A stretch of 64,000 nucleotides of DNA from Alphaproteobacteria bacterium (GTDB taxonomy: Bacteria; Pseudomonadota; Alphaproteobacteria; Rickettsiales; JADKJE01): positions 452,189 to 516,188 of the forward strand of contig JADKJE010000001.1 of the NCBI GenBank assembly GCA_016722515.1, written 5' to 3'. The notes below the pieces were generated by a model that did not search any database, was not told the origin of the DNA, and saw only the letters and a list, made by a program, of their open reading frames with translations. The stretch's first letter is position 1; each line of letters begins with the position of its first letter. A program made the position numbers and the translations under genes. Positions 41,798 to 53,240 of this stretch are shown here, in pieces.

Positions 41798-42406
41798 ATG
41801 CTAAAAAAACTATGTTTGGTTTTCATGTTGTTGCTTACATTTTCTGCTTGTAAGTATGATGATGCAGAAGTAACGACAACTAATGTTCCGGGCATAGGCC
41901 GCCGAGGTCCCGAATCAGTTTCTGGTGTAGACCAGTATGCTGGGGTGGATGACGGTGGTGATTTAGCAAACCTTAACTCTGACGGTAACTCTGACGGGGC
42001 TAATACTGGGGATGACAACGGCAGTGGCGATGGAGCCGGAGCCGGAACAGAAACCCAGGATTATTTTGCCTCACATATTGGCGACCGGATATTCTTTGCT
42101 CTAGATAGCAGCAACATTTCTTCCGAAGGCCAGGCGATCTTGAATCGCCAGGTAGGATACCTGAAGCAGCATCCGAATATTAAAGTAACGATTGAAGGAC
42201 ACGCTGATGAACGTGGAACCCGTGAATATAACCTTGCACTTGGTGACCGCCGTTCGATCTCAATTAAAAACTACCTAACAGCACAAGGTATAGGTGAAAA
42301 CCGTATACAAACCATCAGTTATGGTAAAGAAAAGCCAGTGAAATTTTCCTCTGATGATACTTCATATGGCGAAAACCGCCGTGGTGTAACTGTTATAAGC
42401 AAATAA
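41798..42406 (+). CDS. Second Pal-like OmpA-family lipoprotein
   Basis: 202-aa ORF with the lipobox TFSAC, a Gly/Asp-rich linker and an OmpA_C domain (VTIEGHADERGTREYNLALGDRRS). Confidence 0.85.
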   Translation: MLKKLCLVFMLLLTFSACKYDDAEVTTTNVPGIGRRGPESVSGVDQYAGVDDGGDLANLNSDGNSDGANTGDDNGSGDGAGAGTETQDYFASHIGDRIFFALDSSNISSEGQAILNRQVGYLKQHPNIKVTIEGHADERGTREYNLALGDRRSISIKNYLTAQGIGENRIQTISYGKEKPVKFSSDDTSYGENRRGVTVISK

Positions 42407-42546
42407 TTTGAGATCATTGCCCCACCCTGCCCTCCAGAGGATGGGGTGGATGGGAAGTACGCAGCTCCTTTCCTTTACTTTCCTCTATTTTTTGCTATAA
42501 TCCTAGCTACTGGAAATATAGTTTATTACCAGGCAAAGAAAATACT

Positions 42547-43572
42547 TTGAATTATTATAGGTTTTATATGCGCTCTCCTGCAATCGTATTAAGTTCCCTC
42601 GTGTTTTGTCTTTTATTTTCAGTACCAGCTTTTTCAGCTTCTGATAATACAAAAGAAAGGCTTCAGCGCATTGAGCAGGACATGCTTGTGTTACAGCGTC
42701 AGTTCTATGGACAGGACGCGTATATGATTAACGAGTCAGGCGGCCTTAATGCCACCAACGCACCGAAGCCGTCCCCTTATATTGTTTCTACGTCTAAATT
42801 ACAGATTCAAATATCCGAACTCGAAGAACGCCTCCGCCAACAAACGGGTCAAATTGAAGCTATTCAACACCAAAATCAAGGACTTCAAGAACAGATTAAA
42901 CGTTTAGCAGCCGATATGGATATCCGCTTTAAAACGCTCCAATCCATGCCACCTGTAGCTCAGCCCCTCCTCCCTGCACCTGCTGCCAATGCGGTTCCGC
43001 AGGCACCCCAACCGGCCCAATCATCGCTTGCTAACCATGCGTCCACCACCAATTTATCGTCGGTAACTCCTGTGCCAACGTCGGCTACTAAACCTGCTCC
43101 AGCAGCCGCTACGCCAACGAGCCCACAGCCTCCTGTTACAGGGATTCAGCCAGGAGCGCAAGGTAGTGCGACCAACGACCCCAAAGTAACCTCACCCGAA
43201 GCTAGTTATAATTATGCCTTTAATCTATTGAGCCAAAATAAATTTCAAGAAGCACAATATTCGTTCAGAAATTTTATTCAGGACAACAAGAATCATCCGT
43301 TACTTCCTAACGCCTATTACTGGTTGGGAGAATCTTATTACGTTCAAAAAGATTATTCTACGGCCGCTGTACAGTTTTTGAAAGGATTTCAGGAAGCACC
43401 CAAAGGTCAGAAGGCTCCAGACAATATGCTCAAGCTGGGAATGTCACTCGGGAATGCAGGTAAAAAGTCAGAAGCCTGCACAACCTTTAAAAAGCTAAGC
43501 AACGACTTCAAAGATGCACCGGAAACGATTCTAGAGCGTGGCAAAGCAGAAGCAGAGAAAGTTGGCTGTTAA
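42547..43572 (+). CDS. cpoB: Tol-Pal system protein CpoB/YbgF
   Basis: 341-aa ORF with a signal peptide, an N-terminal coiled coil, a Pro/Ala-rich linker and C-terminal TPR repeats (YYWLGESYY). Confidence 0.8.
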   Translation: MNYYRFYMRSPAIVLSSLVFCLLFSVPAFSASDNTKERLQRIEQDMLVLQRQFYGQDAYMINESGGLNATNAPKPSPYIVSTSKLQIQISELEERLRQQTGQIEAIQHQNQGLQEQIKRLAADMDIRFKTLQSMPPVAQPLLPAPAANAVPQAPQPAQSSLANHASTTNLSSVTPVPTSATKPAPAAATPTSPQPPVTGIQPGAQGSATNDPKVTSPEASYNYAFNLLSQNKFQEAQYSFRNFIQDNKNHPLLPNAYYWLGESYYVQKDYSTAAVQFLKGFQEAPKGQKAPDNMLKLGMSLGNAGKKSEACTTFKKLSNDFKDAPETILERGKAEAEKVGC

Positions 43573-43593
43573 TATCCTCAACATGGCATCGTA

Positions 43594-44916
43594 ATGGGTC
43601 AACATCTCACCGAGACTTTTGATAACATTATCGACTCGTTATGTGGCGATGTTCAACACACTCCCCTTGCAGTGGCGGTATCCGGTGGTGCCGATAGTTT
43701 AGCGCTTGTCTTTCTTCTCAAACGATGGGCAGATAAAACCGGCAAAACAATACTGGCATTAACCGTCGATCACGCTTTAAGACCTGAATCCAACCAAGAG
43801 GCGCTCATCGTTGCCAAGCTGTTAAAGTCACATCACATTGATCATCATATTTTAGCCTGGGAGCACCCACCAGTTAGACATAACATACAGGCACAAGCGC
43901 GGGATGCTCGCTATCAACTTATGTGTTCATGGTGCGCTGATCACAACATACCTATTTTAATGACCGCACATCACCGTGATGATCAGGCAGAAACCGTCTT
44001 ATCGCGACTATTCAGAGGAAGCGGTGTCACAGGGATGGCCGGCATTCCCGTGGAATCAACGCGCTACGGCATTCGTATTATTCGCCCACTACTTGGAATC
44101 CCTAAGCAGCAATTAAGTCACTATCTGTCCGAGAACCAGATTTCTTGGATTGAAGATCCCTCCAATGAAAATCTCCATTATGACAGGGTCAAAATACGCA
44201 AGCTACTCACGCATCTTGAGCCCGATTTACAGGTGAGTACTGGCCTTATAAAATCTCGCCTCGCCGATCACGCCCGTCATATGGGCCGCGTTAAAGATTA
44301 CCTTGAACAACAAACCGTTATGGCGCTCAAACCTGCGGAATTTAACCACGAATTTGGGTTTGCTTCTATTTCTAATAGCCATTGGTTAAGCCTCCACCTT
44401 GAAATACAATATCGGGTTATCTCCTCACTCCTTAACCAGGTCAGTCATCAGGAGATCGCTCCTCGTTTTGATAGTTTAGAGCGGCTCTGTCATTCTTTTG
44501 CGAATGCTTCGGCACTACAAGCAACTTTACATGGGTGCATCGTTTATCGACATAAAGATACGCTCTATATAATCCGCGAACCTGCTGCAATTGCTTCTGT
44601 ATCAATAGATATACCCACTCCCATTCAATGGGATAATCGTTTTCATCTCGATCTAGCATCTATCTCCTCTACTGATTTAGCTGAATCTAATATGGCTATC
44701 CATCCTCTGTGGCTCTATCGAAAGGCCATTCCTTTAACTGCTATGGAATCACTCACTTCGTTGAGAATAACCCCCAGCAATCGTCTTAATCAGTTAATAT
44801 TTTCAGGGTTACCTGTACTGACAGCCCTTGAAAAAATCGTAGCCATTCCCCATATAGGTTATTACGACTCTTTCCTAAATAAGGAAAATACAGTGTTCCA
44901 GGTTGCGTCACTTTAA
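43594..44916 (+). CDS. tilS: tRNA(Ile)-lysidine synthetase
   Basis: 440-aa ORF with the PP-loop VAVSGGADSLAL and HHRDDQAET. Confidence 0.9.
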   Translation: MGQHLTETFDNIIDSLCGDVQHTPLAVAVSGGADSLALVFLLKRWADKTGKTILALTVDHALRPESNQEALIVAKLLKSHHIDHHILAWEHPPVRHNIQAQARDARYQLMCSWCADHNIPILMTAHHRDDQAETVLSRLFRGSGVTGMAGIPVESTRYGIRIIRPLLGIPKQQLSHYLSENQISWIEDPSNENLHYDRVKIRKLLTHLEPDLQVSTGLIKSRLADHARHMGRVKDYLEQQTVMALKPAEFNHEFGFASISNSHWLSLHLEIQYRVISSLLNQVSHQEIAPRFDSLERLCHSFANASALQATLHGCIVYRHKDTLYIIREPAAIASVSIDIPTPIQWDNRFHLDLASISSTDLAESNMAIHPLWLYRKAIPLTAMESLTSLRITPSNRLNQLIFSGLPVLTALEKIVAIPHIGYYDSFLNKENTVFQVASL

Positions 44917-44986
44917 AAATGATTGTTTCCTTTAACTCAAGTTCGTATACTAATAGATAGACGTTATTATGGAGCCTCGTTCATAG

Positions 44987-46948
44987 ATGAAACAAAGCAG
45001 AAAAAACGGAAAAAATTTCTTTTTCTGGGTACTCATTATTGTTGCAGTTACACTTTCTTATAATTTTTTTAAAAACCTAGGAGAGATACGAGGGCAGTCC
45101 ATCCCTTTTTCAGATTTTCTTGAAAAGGTTGATGCAGGTCAAGTTGCTGACGTTGCCATTAATAATTCCAATATTAACGGTCACCTAAAAGACGGTGCTG
45201 GATTTAAAACGCTTGCCCCCAATTATCCTGACCTTATTTCTGATTTGCGCGACAAGCATGTTCGGATTGAAGTCGTGGAAGAGGACGTGAATTGGATTGT
45301 GACCCTACTCTTTTCATTTGGCCCGGTCGTGTTGCTGATCGGTGCTTATATTTTTGTGTGGAAACAAATGCAAAGCGGTGGATCATCGGCCATGAGCTTC
45401 GGTAAATCGCGTGCTCGACTGATGACGGAAAAACAAGAAAAAGTAACCTTTAAAGATGTTGCTGGAATCGAAGAGGCACAGGAAGAACTGGAAGAAATCG
45501 TTGAATTTCTAAAAGATCCTGGAAAATTTCAAAAACTCGGTGGAAAAATTCCTAAAGGCTGCCTGCTGATTGGTCCTCCAGGAACCGGTAAAACGCTGCT
45601 TGCCCGTGCTATTGCTGGAGAAGCTAATGTTCCTTTTTTCAGCATCTCCGGTTCTGACTTTGTTGAAATGTTCGTCGGCGTAGGTGCAAGCCGTGTTCGT
45701 AATATGTTTGAACAAGGTAAAAAACACGCACCATGTATTATCTTTATCGATGAAATTGATGCCGTAGGACGTAACCGCGGCTCGGGTCTTGGCAATAGTA
45801 ATGATGAGCGTGAACAAACGCTCAACCAATTGCTGGTAGAAATGGATGGTTTTGAAGCCAATGAGGGTATCATTATTATCGCGGCCACTAACCGTCCAGA
45901 CGTCTTAGATCCAGCATTGCTGCGACCTGGACGTTTTGACCGTCAAATCACGGTTTCCAATCCAGACATTGAAGGACGTAAAAAAATCATTGAAGTCCAT
46001 TTACGCAAAATAGCTTTTGGTCCGGATGTAAACGCCGAAATTATCGCTCGTGGTACTCCTGGATTCTCAGGTGCTGATCTTGCGAATCTGGTCAATGAAG
46101 CCGCTTTGCTTGCCGCACGTAAAAACAAAAAAGTTGTCACCATGCACGATTTAGAAGATGCCAAAGATAAAGTGTTGCTAGGCGTTGAACGCAAATCAAT
46201 GGTTATGAGTGAAGAAGAAAAGAAACTAACAGCCTATCATGAAGCAGGACACGCCGTACTCGCCATTTATTGTATTGGTTCGGATCCCATTCATAAAGCA
46301 ACCATCATACCACGCGGAAGAGCTCTTGGTTTAGTGATGCGTCTGCCGGAAAAAGATCGCGTTTCACTGACGCGTGAAAAATTAAAAGCGGATATTTGTG
46401 TTGCCATGGGTGGCCGAGTTGCCGAAGAAATGATCTTCGGCTATGAAAAAGTCACCAGTGGTGCTTCCATGGATATTAAACAGGCAACCGCCTATGCAAC
46501 AGCCATGGTTAAAGAATGGGGCATGAGTGATAAAGTTGGACCACTTTATCATGGTGAAGACCATAGCCGTCCATTTACCATGCCGGAAATGCAGGCGCAG
46601 GATACTGTTTCATTGATTGATCAAGAAATAAAATCTCTGGTTATTCAGGGCTATGATCAGGCGAAACAACTTCTGAATCACCATTTGGATAAATTGCATT
46701 TATTGGCCAAAGCCTTGCTCGAATTTGAAACCCTTAGTGGGGATGAGATCAGAGACCTTATGGATGGCAAACCTATCCTTAGGAAAAAAATAGATGACGG
46801 TTCTGGTGACATCGAATCAGAAGGCTTCACCCGCCGCTCTTCCGTTCCTTCTTCGTCTCCAAAACCAGCTAACGATAAAGATGCTCCAGCTAATCCGGCC
46901 AATCATAATCCGGATTCGCATCAAGACGATGGATCACTTGAAGTTTAG
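44987..46948 (+). CDS. ftsH: ATP-dependent zinc metalloprotease FtsH
   Basis: 653-aa ORF with Walker [12 protein letters not shown], Walker [32 protein letters not shown] and the Zn site HEAGH. Confidence 0.95.
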   Translation: MKQSRKNGKNFFFWVLIIVAVTLSYNFFKNLGEIRGQSIPFSDFLEKVDAGQVADVAINNSNINGHLKDGAGFKTLAPNYPDLISDLRDKHVRIEVVEEDVNWIVTLLFSFGPVVLLIGAYIFVWKQMQSGGSSAMSFGKSRARLMTEKQEKVTFKDVAGIEEAQEELEEIVEFLKDPGKFQKLGGKIPKGCLLIGPPGTGKTLLARAIAGEANVPFFSISGSDFVEMFVGVGASRVRNMFEQGKKHAPCIIFIDEIDAVGRNRGSGLGNSNDEREQTLNQLLVEMDGFEANEGIIIIAATNRPDVLDPALLRPGRFDRQITVSNPDIEGRKKIIEVHLRKIAFGPDVNAEIIARGTPGFSGADLANLVNEAALLAARKNKKVVTMHDLEDAKDKVLLGVERKSMVMSEEEKKLTAYHEAGHAVLAIYCIGSDPIHKATIIPRGRALGLVMRLPEKDRVSLTREKLKADICVAMGGRVAEEMIFGYEKVTSGASMDIKQATAYATAMVKEWGMSDKVGPLYHGEDHSRPFTMPEMQAQDTVSLIDQEIKSLVIQGYDQAKQLLNHHLDKLHLLAKALLEFETLSGDEIRDLMDGKPILRKKIDDGSGDIESEGFTRRSSVPSSSPKPANDKDAPANPANHNPDSHQDDGSLEV

Positions 46949-46979
46949 TATCTGATCATTTTCTAGCGTGAGGGAAACA

Positions 46980-48332
46980 ATGGGAACATTATTTGGTACA
47001 GATGGTGTTAGGGGAAAAGCAAATGTTTATCCCATGACGCCTGATTTGGTTCAGAAAGTAGGGATGGCCGCAGGTTCACTGTTTCAAAATGGCAAACATC
47101 GCCATCGCGTTGTGATCGGTAAAGACACACGATTATCTGGCTACCTATTTGAACCGGCTCTGACCAGCGGTTTTATCGCCGCGGGCATGGATGTGATGCT
47201 GGTTGGCCCAATGCCAACTCCTGCCGTTGCGATGCTTACCAAGTCATTGCGTGCAGATCTGGGTGTCATGATTTCAGCCTCACATAATCCTTATCAGGAT
47301 AATGGCATCAAGTTATTTGATTCTCATGGGCTTAAAATTTCTGATGAAATGGAAAAAACCATTGAAGATATGATACTGGGTTCACATCCCATTCCCATGG
47401 CACCTTCCGAAGAATTAGGACGCGCCAAACGCCTGGACGATGCACGCGGCCGCTACATCGAAGTCGTCAAACGTTCTTTCCCTAAAGGTCTTCGTTTGAA
47501 GGGTTTAAAAATTGTCATCGATTGTGCCAATGGCGCAGCCTATCATTTAGGTAAAACTATTTTGTGGGAACTGGGAGCTGACGTCATCGAGATGGGAATT
47601 TATCCCGATGGTACTAATATTAATCAGGGATGTGGTTCTACCCATCCCGAAGCGATGTGCGCGATGGTGAAACAGACCAAGGCCGATATTGGTTTAGCTC
47701 TGGATGGCGATGCTGATCGTCTAATTGTCTGTGATGAGAACGGTCAAATCATTGATGGCGACCAGCTCATGGCGCTCATTGCAACGTATTGGAAAGAGTT
47801 AGGTAAGCTGACTAACAACGGAATCGTTGCTACGATTATGTCTAACATGGGATTAGAAAAATATCTGCACACACAAGGCCTTGCCATGCAACGAACCCCC
47901 GTAGGTGACCGTTTCGTAGCCCAACACATGCGGGAGTTTGGTTATAATCTCGGTGGCGAACAATCGGGTCACATTATTCTCAGTGACTATACGACAACCG
48001 GGGATGGGTTAATTGCCGCATTACAGATTCTTGCCGTACTGGTACAAAAAAATCAAAAAGCCAGCACTGTACTGAATGTATTTGATCCCTTTCCGCAAAT
48101 ATTGAAGAATGTGCGTTTTCAACATCAAAACCCACTTACCCATGATCATGTTCAAAAAACCATCAAGGAAGCCGAATCATTACTCGCTGGCAAAGGCCGA
48201 TTACTGGTTAGAAAATCAGGAACCGAACCGCTGTTGCGGGTTATGGCTGAAGCCGAAGATTTAGATTTAGTTGATCAATCCGTAAAAATGGTGGTAACAT
48301 CCATTGAGGAGATTGTGAACCGCCATGGGTGA
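46980..48332 (+). CDS. glmM: Phosphoglucosamine mutase
   Basis: The ORF is 46968..48332. I prefer the ATG at 46980 (GAGGG upstream). It has FGTDGVRG, the active-site Ser block [11 protein letters not shown] and the Mg site DGDADR. Confidence 0.92.
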   Translation: MGTLFGTDGVRGKANVYPMTPDLVQKVGMAAGSLFQNGKHRHRVVIGKDTRLSGYLFEPALTSGFIAAGMDVMLVGPMPTPAVAMLTKSLRADLGVMISASHNPYQDNGIKLFDSHGLKISDEMEKTIEDMILGSHPIPMAPSEELGRAKRLDDARGRYIEVVKRSFPKGLRLKGLKIVIDCANGAAYHLGKTILWELGADVIEMGIYPDGTNINQGCGSTHPEAMCAMVKQTKADIGLALDGDADRLIVCDENGQIIDGDQLMALIATYWKELGKLTNNGIVATIMSNMGLEKYLHTQGLAMQRTPVGDRFVAQHMREFGYNLGGEQSGHIILSDYTTTGDGLIAALQILAVLVQKNQKASTVLNVFDPFPQILKNVRFQHQNPLTHDHVQKTIKEAESLLAGKGRLLVRKSGTEPLLRVMAEAEDLDLVDQSVKMVVTSIEEIVNRHG

Positions 48333-49161
48333 TGATTGTTCGAGTTATAAAAATCTGGCACGTATTCTTGTTATTGCGGGATCTGATTCTGGCAGTGCTG
48401 CAGGTATTCAGGCTGATATAAAAACCATTATGCAGCTAGGTGGCTATGCTACTACCGCCATTGCAGCTCTAACCGCCCAAAACACACAAACAATTACCGA
48501 TATTTTTGCGGTTCCCGTTTCATTCTTAGAAGCCCAGATAAAGGCCATTATGTCTGATATAGGTGCTGATATTATTAAGACAGGGATGCTATACTCTGAT
48601 GAAAATATTCTTTTCACATCTCAGTTTCTTAAAGAAAACCCTCACATACCTTCAATCGTTGATCCTGTTTTAAAAGCAACCACAGGGGCTTCATTGACCC
48701 AAGATGATAAAGCTGATCTTTATAGACAATACCTTATTCCAACAGCCACACTCGTGACACCCAATATTATCGAAGCCGAAACATTAACCGGGATACCCAT
48801 TAAAACAGTCAATGACATGCAGGCAGCTGCGCTGGCTATTTATCAAATGGGTTGCAAAGCAGTCCTTGTCAAAGGTGGCCATCTGCAGAGCAGTAGTATT
48901 ACGGATGTTCTATTCGATGGTATTCGCTGGCATTTGTTTACCAGCCCGCGTATCTCCATACGTGATGTTCATGGCACAGGCTGCACCTTGGCTGCGGCCA
49001 TTGCTTGCGCACTTGCACAAAAAAAATCGTTAACAGAAGCCGTACAATATGCCCGAACCTACGTCATTGCGGCAATTGAACAGGCCTTACCCATTGGTTG
49101 CAAATATGCACCACTAAATCATGCCGTTAGCATAACCACCTTTCAACCTGAAGGAGTCTAA
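48325..49161 (+). CDS. thiD: Hydroxymethylpyrimidine/phosphomethylpyrimidine kinase
   Basis: 278-aa ORF with [17 protein letters not shown] and the [13 protein letters not shown] ribokinase-fold motif. Confidence 0.85.
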   Translation: MGDDCSSYKNLARILVIAGSDSGSAAGIQADIKTIMQLGGYATTAIAALTAQNTQTITDIFAVPVSFLEAQIKAIMSDIGADIIKTGMLYSDENILFTSQFLKENPHIPSIVDPVLKATTGASLTQDDKADLYRQYLIPTATLVTPNIIEAETLTGIPIKTVNDMQAAALAIYQMGCKAVLVKGGHLQSSSITDVLFDGIRWHLFTSPRISIRDVHGTGCTLAAAIACALAQKKSLTEAVQYARTYVIAAIEQALPIGCKYAPLNHAVSITTFQPEGV

Positions 49162-50457
49162 ATGGACGAAAGTATTTTATTTATCTATATTGTTTCTATC
49201 GTTTTCTGCGTTTTTGCATCTGGCTTTTTTTCAGCAGCAGAAACCGGAGTCATTGCCAGTTCCAGGGCACGTATCTATCAATTGAAAGAGCGTGGCGATA
49301 AACGCGCCGCTTTGGTCAGTCACCTTCTGGATCGCAAGGATGAACTGATCAGCGCCATTCTTTTAGGAAACAATGCAATTAATATTGCGTGCTCATCGAT
49401 TAGTACGACCGCTGCCATCCACTATTTTGGTGATATCGGAGCCCTTTATGCTTCGTTGGGCTTAACGCTTATCATTATTATTTTCTCAGAAATCATACCC
49501 AAAACCTATGCGGTCTATCACGCAGAAAAAGTCGCTCTGGCTGTTGCCCCGTCGCTTAAGGTAACGGTATTCATATTAGCTCCGATCCTTAAATCCATTG
49601 AGATATTGGTGAATTGGATTATGAAAAACATTGGTTTCCGCCGCAAAGAAGGTTTAGACCGCAATGCAGTGAATGAAATTATCCGCGGCACCATTGCCAT
49701 GCACCACCAGGAAGGTGCTATGTTAAAAGAAGATCGTGATATGCTCAGCAGCATTTTAGATCTTGCCCACCGCGAAGTCTCAGAAATCATGACCCATCGT
49801 ACACATGTGTCATCACTCAATATCGATATGAACCCACTTGAACTTACCAGCTTGGTACTTGATAACCAGCATACGCGTATCCCCTTGTGGAAAGATAATC
49901 CTGATAATATCATTGGTATTCTTCATGCACGCGATTTATTAAAAGCTCTAAAAACCCACGAAAGGCCCATTGAAGAATTATCCGTTACTGATATTGCTTC
50001 TCCGCCTTGGTTTATTCCCGAGTCCACCTTGCTGCACGATCAGCTTAAAGCGTTCCGCGCCCGCCGCAGCCATTTTGCCGTAGTGGTTGATGAATATGGC
50101 AGTGTTCAAGGCATTGTAACACTTGAAGACATTCTCGAAGAAATTGTCGGTAATATCGATGATGAGCACGATACCGTCCGTGAAGATATCGTCCCTCTTC
50201 CTGATAAAGGCTACCGCATCGCTGGACACGTAACGATCCGTGATCTTAACCGTAAACTCGAGTGGGATCTTCCCGACGATCATGCCGCCACCATTTCAGG
50301 ATTGGTTCTCCACGAAGTAGGTGAACTGCCAGAAGAAAAACAATCCTTTCGCTTTTACGGTTATCGTTTTGAAATCGTCAAACGCGGGGATAAGAAGATC
50401 AAATGGCTAAAAATAGAACGCCTACCGCATGAGGGAAACGACTCGCAAGGGGAATAA
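49162..50457 (+). CDS. HlyC/CorC (CNNM/TlyC) family transporter: DUF21, CBS pair and CorC_HlyC domains
   Basis: 431-aa ORF with 4 N-terminal TM segments, a CBS pair and the C-terminal transporter-associated domain. Confidence 0.85.
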   Translation: MDESILFIYIVSIVFCVFASGFFSAAETGVIASSRARIYQLKERGDKRAALVSHLLDRKDELISAILLGNNAINIACSSISTTAAIHYFGDIGALYASLGLTLIIIIFSEIIPKTYAVYHAEKVALAVAPSLKVTVFILAPILKSIEILVNWIMKNIGFRRKEGLDRNAVNEIIRGTIAMHHQEGAMLKEDRDMLSSILDLAHREVSEIMTHRTHVSSLNIDMNPLELTSLVLDNQHTRIPLWKDNPDNIIGILHARDLLKALKTHERPIEELSVTDIASPPWFIPESTLLHDQLKAFRARRSHFAVVVDEYGSVQGIVTLEDILEEIVGNIDDEHDTVREDIVPLPDKGYRIAGHVTIRDLNRKLEWDLPDDHAATISGLVLHEVGELPEEKQSFRFYGYRFEIVKRGDKKIKWLKIERLPHEGNDSQGE

Positions 50458-50465
50458 CGAAGACT

Positions 50466-51182
50466 TTAGAACATCAAACGCAAACCTAAGCTTGTTATAA
50501 AATCATCTGTGCTTTCATGCTCCCTTCTGGCGATAGAGGCTGTTTCTCCCCATGTACGCTCATAGCGTACATCAAGGTAAGGCGCACATGTGCGCGTGAA
50601 TTCATAACGCGTTTGCAAACCAAATTCGCTCGCTGCCACCCCAGCGCCAACGTTTTGGTCTGTTACATCCTGCATAAACATATTTATCTCTATATGAGGC
50701 TTTAAAATTAATGCTTGAGTCATCAGAAAATCTTTTTCCGCTCGTATACGCACACTGACATCGCCTTCATCGCTGATAAACAAGTGAGCTTCCGTATCAA
50801 AGAAATAAGGAGCCATTCCCTCAAATCCAACGATAGCATACGGCGTAGAATGTGGTTTAATATCTTCTCGAATACCAAGTTGTGCATCCCAAAAATCCGT
50901 AATGTTTCGGCTATACATGGCCCAAAATTCCCCTTGGTGAGTCTCTCCATCAAGCACCTCGCCTTCGCTCTTAAACCATAGTTTTTGTGTATCACCACCG
51001 ATCCAACCATCGAACTCCCAGCGTATATTGGCTCCTTCACGACCAACTCCAATATCCGTTTCTAGTCTGAAACTATGAAACACGGTAGGATCGCCACGCA
51101 TTCCATGTCCGTCCGTGGCTAAAGTACCCAGAGGAATGGTACCCCATAAACAAGAAAACAAGGCCATCCATTTAGTGTACAT
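50466..51182 (-). CDS. copB: Copper resistance protein B (outer-membrane CopB/PcoB)
   Basis: The ORF extends to 51251. The probable start is the internal MYTKWMALFSCLW at about 51182, overlapping the copA stop. The family pattern is FDGWIGGD..KLW.K.EGE....E..E....YSR.I..FWD.Q.G.R. Confidence 0.8.
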   Translation of the reverse strand: MYTKWMALFSCLWGTIPLGTLATDGHGMRGDPTVFHSFRLETDIGVGREGANIRWEFDGWIGGDTQKLWFKSEGEVLDGETHQGEFWAMYSRNITDFWDAQLGIREDIKPHSTPYAIVGFEGMAPYFFDTEAHLFISDEGDVSVRIRAEKDFLMTQALILKPHIEINMFMQDVTDQNVGAGVAASEFGLQTRYEFTRTCAPYLDVRYERTWGETASIARREHESTDDFITSLGLRLMF

Positions 51183-52842
51183 GATGGTATCCTTTATCCT
51201 CGATAATGACTGGCTTAGGAGCCACGTTATCTGTATTTGCCTTCGTGACATTAATGCTGGTCATCATTCCAGACATCATATGATAGAGTAAATGGCAATG
51301 AAAGGCCCATTCCCCAGGTTCATTGGCCGACAGCAAGACCGAATAGGTTTTCCCTGGCGGAATAATAACCGTATGTTTATTCGGCAGTTTTTCGGCTGAT
51401 TGGCCATTTTCAAGCTGCATAAACATACCGTGCAAATGCATCGGATGCGCCATCATTGTCTCATTGACGAATGTAAGGCGTACCCTTTCACCATAGCTAA
51501 GCATCATCGGTTCTGACTCTTCATGGGGTTTACCATTGAGTGTCCACACATATCGTTGCATATTTCCATTAAGCCTCACCGTTATCTCCTGTGTTGGCGC
51601 ACGTGTATCCGTCTGTGCTCCCAAATAACGTAAATCTTTATAGTCGAGTATCCTCTGCCCTAACGGTGCATGAGCATCAGCCCAACCTGTTTTTATATCG
51701 TTACTAGAAGTAGCACCCATGCCTTGCATATCAGCCATATCATGGTCCATCGACATGGCATGGCCTGCATGCTCATCATGACTATCTGACATCATTCCCA
51801 TATCAGCCATCGTTAATAATGCACGTGGTCGCTGTGGTGGGAGATCTCCGCGCATTCCAACTTGTGGTGCCAATGTACCAAGGGCAAAACCAGTGCGATC
51901 TATCGGTTCAGCAACGATGGTATAGGCCTTTGCTTCCTGTGGTTCCACAATGACATCATAGGTTTCTGCATTGCCCAAACGAAATTCGTCTACTTTCACT
52001 GGTTCAGTATTCTGCCCATCAGCCTGCACGACCGAGAGTGACAATCCAGGAATCCGTACATCATAAATCGACATCGCTGACGCATTGATAAAACGTAGTC
52101 TTACTCGCTGGTGAGGAGTAAAAACGCCTGTCCAGTTTTGAAGTGGAGTTTTGCCATTGATGAGAAAGATATAACCGCTCACATCCGATAAATCGGTAGG
52201 AGACATGCGCATTGCTCCCCAGTTCATGGTCGTCTTCCACGCGGATGAAAAACCACTTTTTCTTACATCATTCACAAAATCACCAAGCGTGCGTTTTGCA
52301 TAATTATAATAGCCAGAATCCATTTTAAGATTACCTAATATCTTAGTACCGGCGTCATCAGCAAAATCAGAAATAAGCACAACATAATCGCGATCCGATT
52401 GAATCTTGTCTTTTCCTTTCGGTGTAATAACGATAGAGCCATATAACCCGTCTTGTTCCTGGCTTGACGAATGCGCATGATACCAATAAGTACCTGATTG
52501 ACGAACGTGAAAATGATAGGTAAATGTTTCACCCGGGCTTATTCCCATAAAACCATTCATTCCAGGAACACCGTCCATCGTCGCCGGTATTAAAAAACCA
52601 TGCCAGTGGATGGACGTTGTTTCATCCAAATGATTCGTAACCATCACGGTTACTGCTTCGCCTTCTGTGAAATGCAATGTAGGACCAGGAAGCGCCCCGT
52701 TAACCGTGATTTTCTTAACCGGCTTTCCCAATAGGTTCACCATCTGCGAACCAATATCCAGACGATAGCTGGCGGCCTTTACTGGGAAAGCAAATGACAT
52801 GAAACCAAAACAGATAATAATGAACAGTCTCAACGTCAACAC
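51172..52842 (-). CDS. copA: Copper resistance multicopper oxidase CopA/PcoA
   Basis: 556-aa ORF with the Cu sites HWHG, YWYHAH, HPMHLHG and HCHLLYHMMSGMM. It has a Met/His-rich insert (MADMGMMSDSHDEHAGHAMSMDHDMADMQGMG). Confidence 0.9.
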   Translation of the reverse strand: MLTLRLFIIICFGFMSFAFPVKAASYRLDIGSQMVNLLGKPVKKITVNGALPGPTLHFTEGEAVTVMVTNHLDETTSIHWHGFLIPATMDGVPGMNGFMGISPGETFTYHFHVRQSGTYWYHAHSSSQEQDGLYGSIVITPKGKDKIQSDRDYVVLISDFADDAGTKILGNLKMDSGYYNYAKRTLGDFVNDVRKSGFSSAWKTTMNWGAMRMSPTDLSDVSGYIFLINGKTPLQNWTGVFTPHQRVRLRFINASAMSIYDVRIPGLSLSVVQADGQNTEPVKVDEFRLGNAETYDVIVEPQEAKAYTIVAEPIDRTGFALGTLAPQVGMRGDLPPQRPRALLTMADMGMMSDSHDEHAGHAMSMDHDMADMQGMGATSSNDIKTGWADAHAPLGQRILDYKDLRYLGAQTDTRAPTQEITVRLNGNMQRYVWTLNGKPHEESEPMMLSYGERVRLTFVNETMMAHPMHLHGMFMQLENGQSAEKLPNKHTVIIPPGKTYSVLLSANEPGEWAFHCHLLYHMMSGMMTSINVTKANTDNVAPKPVIIEDKGYHHVH

Positions 52843-53102
52843 TCCACCTATTTTTCCTTAAAGGATAGCATACTCATCACCCCTGTCATCCGTTTAATTA
52901 TCGCCGCCAATAGCGCACCCCCAATGTAATAGAGACGATGTATCCATTGGAAAAGCTATTTTACGCATGCTGATAACCTTTTTCTTGTTTTCGTCGGCTA
53001 CTGAGCTCTCAAGAACCATCTTTCATGCCTCGTTCAAGCTACCAGGATCAGGGAAAGATATAACCCGATTTAACCACTTATCTGCAGATCAAAAAAGTTG
53101 AT

Positions 53103-53142
53103 CGATCTCTAAAACCTCGTTTCGGGTGTCCCATTGACGAAG
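53103..53142 (+). repeat. 40-bp dispersed repeat, copy 2
   Basis: CGATCTCTAAAACCTCGTTTCGGGTGTCCCATTGACGAAG is identical to the reverse complement of 4585-4624. It lies in the 398-bp spacer upstream of copA. Confidence 0.8.
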
Positions 53143-53240
53143 GCAGGAGTGCATGATCTTCAACAAACACACGGGATGACCTTGCACGTGGTTGAGACCT
53201 AATAATTCATATGCACGCTTCATTCACACCGCGTGAAACA

